This document shows positions 62,100 through 64,000 of a stretch of DNA of 64,000 nucleotides, in pieces. A model generated the notes under the pieces. It did no database searches and was not told the origin of the DNA. It worked only from the letters and a program-made list of their open reading frames with translations. The stretch lies in assembly GCA_964016885.1 (NCBI GenBank), contig OZ024745.1, forward strand, positions 46,934,001-46,998,000. The letters are read 5' to 3'. This DNA is from Eledone cirrhosa (taxonomy: Eukaryota). The position numbers and the translations under genes were made by a program. Every line of letters begins with the position of its first letter. Positions within the stretch are counted from its first letter, which is position 1.

Positions 62100-64000
62100 T
62101 TTATTTGGGTACCCCGTTTTTTATTTGGGTGCCCCGTTTTTTTATGGGGGGGTCCGTTTTTTATCTGGGTACCCCGTTTTTTATTTGGTTACCCCGTTTT
62201 TTATTTGGGTGCCCCGTTTTTTTATGGGGGGGGTCCGTTTTTTATTTGGGTGCCCCGTTTTTTATGGGGGTGCCCCGTTTTTTTTATGGGGGGTCCGTTT
62301 TTTATTTGGGGACCCCGTTTTTTAATTGGGTGCCCCGTTTTTTTATGGGGGGGTCCGTTTTTTATTTGGGTGCCCCGTTTTTTATTTGGGTGCCCCGTTT
62401 TTTTATGGGGGGGTCCGTTTTTTATTTGGGTGCCCCGTTCTTTATTTGGGTGCCCCGTTTTTTATTTGGGTGCCCCGTTTTTTTATGGGGGGGCGTTTTT
62501 TATTTGGGTGCCCCGTTTTTTATGGGGGGGGTCCGTTTTTTATTTGGGTACCCCGTTTTTTATTTGGGTGCCCCGTTTTTTTTATGGGGGGGGTCCGTTT
62601 TTTATTTGGGTGCCCCGTTTTTTATTTGGGTACCCCGTTTTTTATTTGGGTGCCCCGTTTTTTATTTGGGTGTCCCGTTTTTTTATGGGGGGGGGTCCGT
62701 TTTTTATTTGGGTGCCCCGTTTTTTTATGGGTGGGGGTCCGTTTTTTATTTGGGTACCCCGTTTTTTATTTGGGTGCCCCGTTTTTTTATGGGGGGGTCC
62801 GTTTTTTATTTGGGTACCCCGTTTTTTATTTGGGTGCCCCGTTTTTTTATGGGGGGGATCCGTTTTTTATTTGGGTGCCCCGTTTTTTATTTGGGTGCCC
62901 CGTTTTTTTATGGGGGGGGTCCGTTTTTTATTTGGGTGCCCCGTTTTTTTATGGGGGGGTCCGTTTTTTATTTGGGTGCCCCGTTTTTTATTTGGGTGCC
63001 CCGTTTTTTTATGGGGGGGATCCGTTTTTTATTTGGGTGCCCCGTTTTATATTTGGGTGACCCGTTTTTTATTTGGGTGCCCCGTTTTTTTATGGGGGGG
63101 GGGCCGTTTTTTATCTGGGTACCCCGTTTTTTATTTGGGTACCGCCTTTATTTATTTGGGTGCCCCGTTTTTTTATGGGGGGGTCCGTTTTTTATTTGGG
63201 TGCCCCGTTTTTTTATGGGGGGGTCCGTTTTTTATTTGGGTGCCCCGTTTTTTTATGGGGGGGGGTCCGTTTTTTATTTGGGTGCCCCGTTTTTTATTTG
63301 GGTACCCCGTTTTTTATTTGGGTGCCCCGTTTTTTTATGGGGGGGTCCGTTTTTTATTTGGGTGCCCCGTTTTTTATTTGGGTGCCTCGTTTTTTTATGG
63401 AGGGGGGGGGGCGTTTTTTATTTGGGTGCCCAGTTTTTTTATGGGGGGGGGTCCGTTTTTTATTTGTGTACCCCGTTTTTTATTTGGGTGCCCCGTTTTT
63501 TTATGGGGGGGGTCCGTTTTTTATTTGGGTGCCCCGTTTTTTTATGGGGGGGGTCCGTTTTTTATCTGGGTACCCCGTTTTTTATTTGGGTACCGCGTTT
63601 TTTATTTGGGTGCCCCGTTTTTTTATGGGGGGGGTCCGTTTTTTATTTGGGTGCCCCGTTTTTTTTATGGGGGGGTCCGTTTTTTATTTGGGGACCCCGT
63701 TTTTTATTTGGGTGCCCCGTTTTTTTATGGGGGGGGGTCCGTTTTTTATTTGGGTGCCCCGTTTTTTTATGGGGGGGGGCCGTTTTTTATTTGGGTGCCC
63801 CGTTTTTTATTTGGGTACCCCGTTTTTTATTTGGGTGCCCCGTTTTTTTATGGGGGGGTCCGTTTTTTATCTGGGTACCCCGTTTTTTATTTGGGTACCC
63901 CGTTTTTTATTTGGGTGCCCCGTTTTTTTATGGGGGGGGTCCGTTTTTTATTTGGGTGCCCCGTTTTTTATGGGGGTGCCCCGTTTTTTTTATGGGGGGT
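62100..64000 (+). repeat. Distant copy of the ~1.7-kb unit at ~43000-44880 (offset ~19.1 kb)
   Basis: TTTGGTTACCCC at ~43076 and ~62184. Hybrid ATGGGGGTGCCCC at 43156/44845 and 62264/63970. GCCTCG..CCCAG..TTTGTGTACC cluster at ~44262-44350 and ~63384-63475. Confidence 0.85.

Larger units (their letters stand above)
1..64000 (+). repeat. Tandem satellite DNA array of ~20-bp monomers (A: CCGT6ATTTGGGTGCC; B: CCGT6ATTTGGGTACC; G: CCGT7ATG7T), head-to-tail, continuing past both window edges
   Basis: Seen directly: CCG-T6/7-AT recurs every ~20-21 bp on every line. Identical 20-column phasing holds over many consecutive 60-bp lines (e.g. 3361-3500, 13081-13300, 61141-61400). No unique sequence or strand switch seen. 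Confidence 0.99.
12700..64000 (+). repeat. Homogenised satellite domain II with a distinct variant set (TATCTGGG, GGATCC, GGGGACC, TTTCGGTG, GGTCCCG, later GGTACCGCG and TATTGGGG)
   Basis: Most monomers match consensus A, B or G exactly. Domain-I markers essentially disappear after ~12.7 kb. Stop-creating variants become rare, so the ORF track shows multi-kb open frames. Confidence 0.85.

Noticed and set aside
6-63060. Very long + strand ORFs (up to 3875 aa) encoding F/G/P/W/Y-rich repeats
   Set aside because: All three + frames are open simultaneously and cycle through the same peptides (FFIWVPR / FLFGCPV / FYLGAP). A occurs almost only as TAT or TAC, so stops are compositionally rare. The 20-bp unit and free homopolymer indels do not preserve frame, and there is no non-repetitive domain. 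These are artefacts.
1-64000. CRISPR array or other repeat-spacer system
   Set aside because: There are no unique spacers: the intervening units are themselves repeat monomers. No leader or cas genes are present.
1-64000. Tandem rho-independent terminators (GGG-TG-CCC followed by T6)
   Set aside because: A 3-bp stem with a 2-nt loop is not a viable terminator hairpin, there are no upstream genes, and the context is not prokaryote-like.
1-64000. Direct telomerase-synthesised repeat
   Set aside because: Rare point variants are inherited in collinear multi-kb blocks, which indicates DNA-level duplication rather than repeated copying of a short RNA template. There is no canonical TTAGGG-type array; the few TTTAGGG instances are single variants.
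1-64000. Pure sequencing or assembly junk, or synthetic low-complexity sequence
   Set aside because: Linked diagnostic variants recur in consistent order across distant blocks with copy-specific differences, which random error would not produce. Exact copy numbers and G-run lengths may still be wrong.
1-64000. Assignment to a named satellite (e.g. avian CNM/PO41) or to a centromere
   Set aside because: The similarity is only architectural (20/41-bp period, T-tracts). I cannot verify sequence homology or CENP-A binding without searches and data.
1-64000. Monomer order as a deliberate information-bearing code
   Set aside because: The aperiodic order is adequately explained by nested duplications and in-register exchange. 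Nothing in the sequence indicates a reader or decoding function.

Overview
All 64 kb are one uninterrupted, single-orientation tandem satellite array of about 3,100-3,200 monomers of ~20 bp (64,000/~20.3, estimated, not counted). I see no genes, RNA genes, transposon insertions, inversions or unique sequence. Three monomer types dominate: A = CCGTTTTTTATTTGGGTGCC, B = CCGTTTTTTATTTGGGTACC (KpnI site) and G = CCGTTTTTTTATGGGGGGGT (G-run variable, ~G5-G14). They are ordered by strong adjacency rules. The + strand is extremely T/G-rich and A-poor, which makes stop codons rare and explains the huge overlapping ORFs as artefacts. Rare diagnostic variants show a diverged, CpG-decayed domain on the left (~1-12.7 kb) and a homogenised domain on the right (~12.7-64 kb). 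They also show nested higher-order duplications from ~0.2 to ~4.7 kb and long-range copies 11-21 kb apart. It looks like eukaryotic heterochromatic (centromeric or subtelomeric) satellite, but organism and locus cannot be determined from the sequence. I found no protein-coding system. The interesting biology is the array's monomer grammar, its layered history and its structural DNA properties. Block boundaries were read by eye from marker variants and are approximate.
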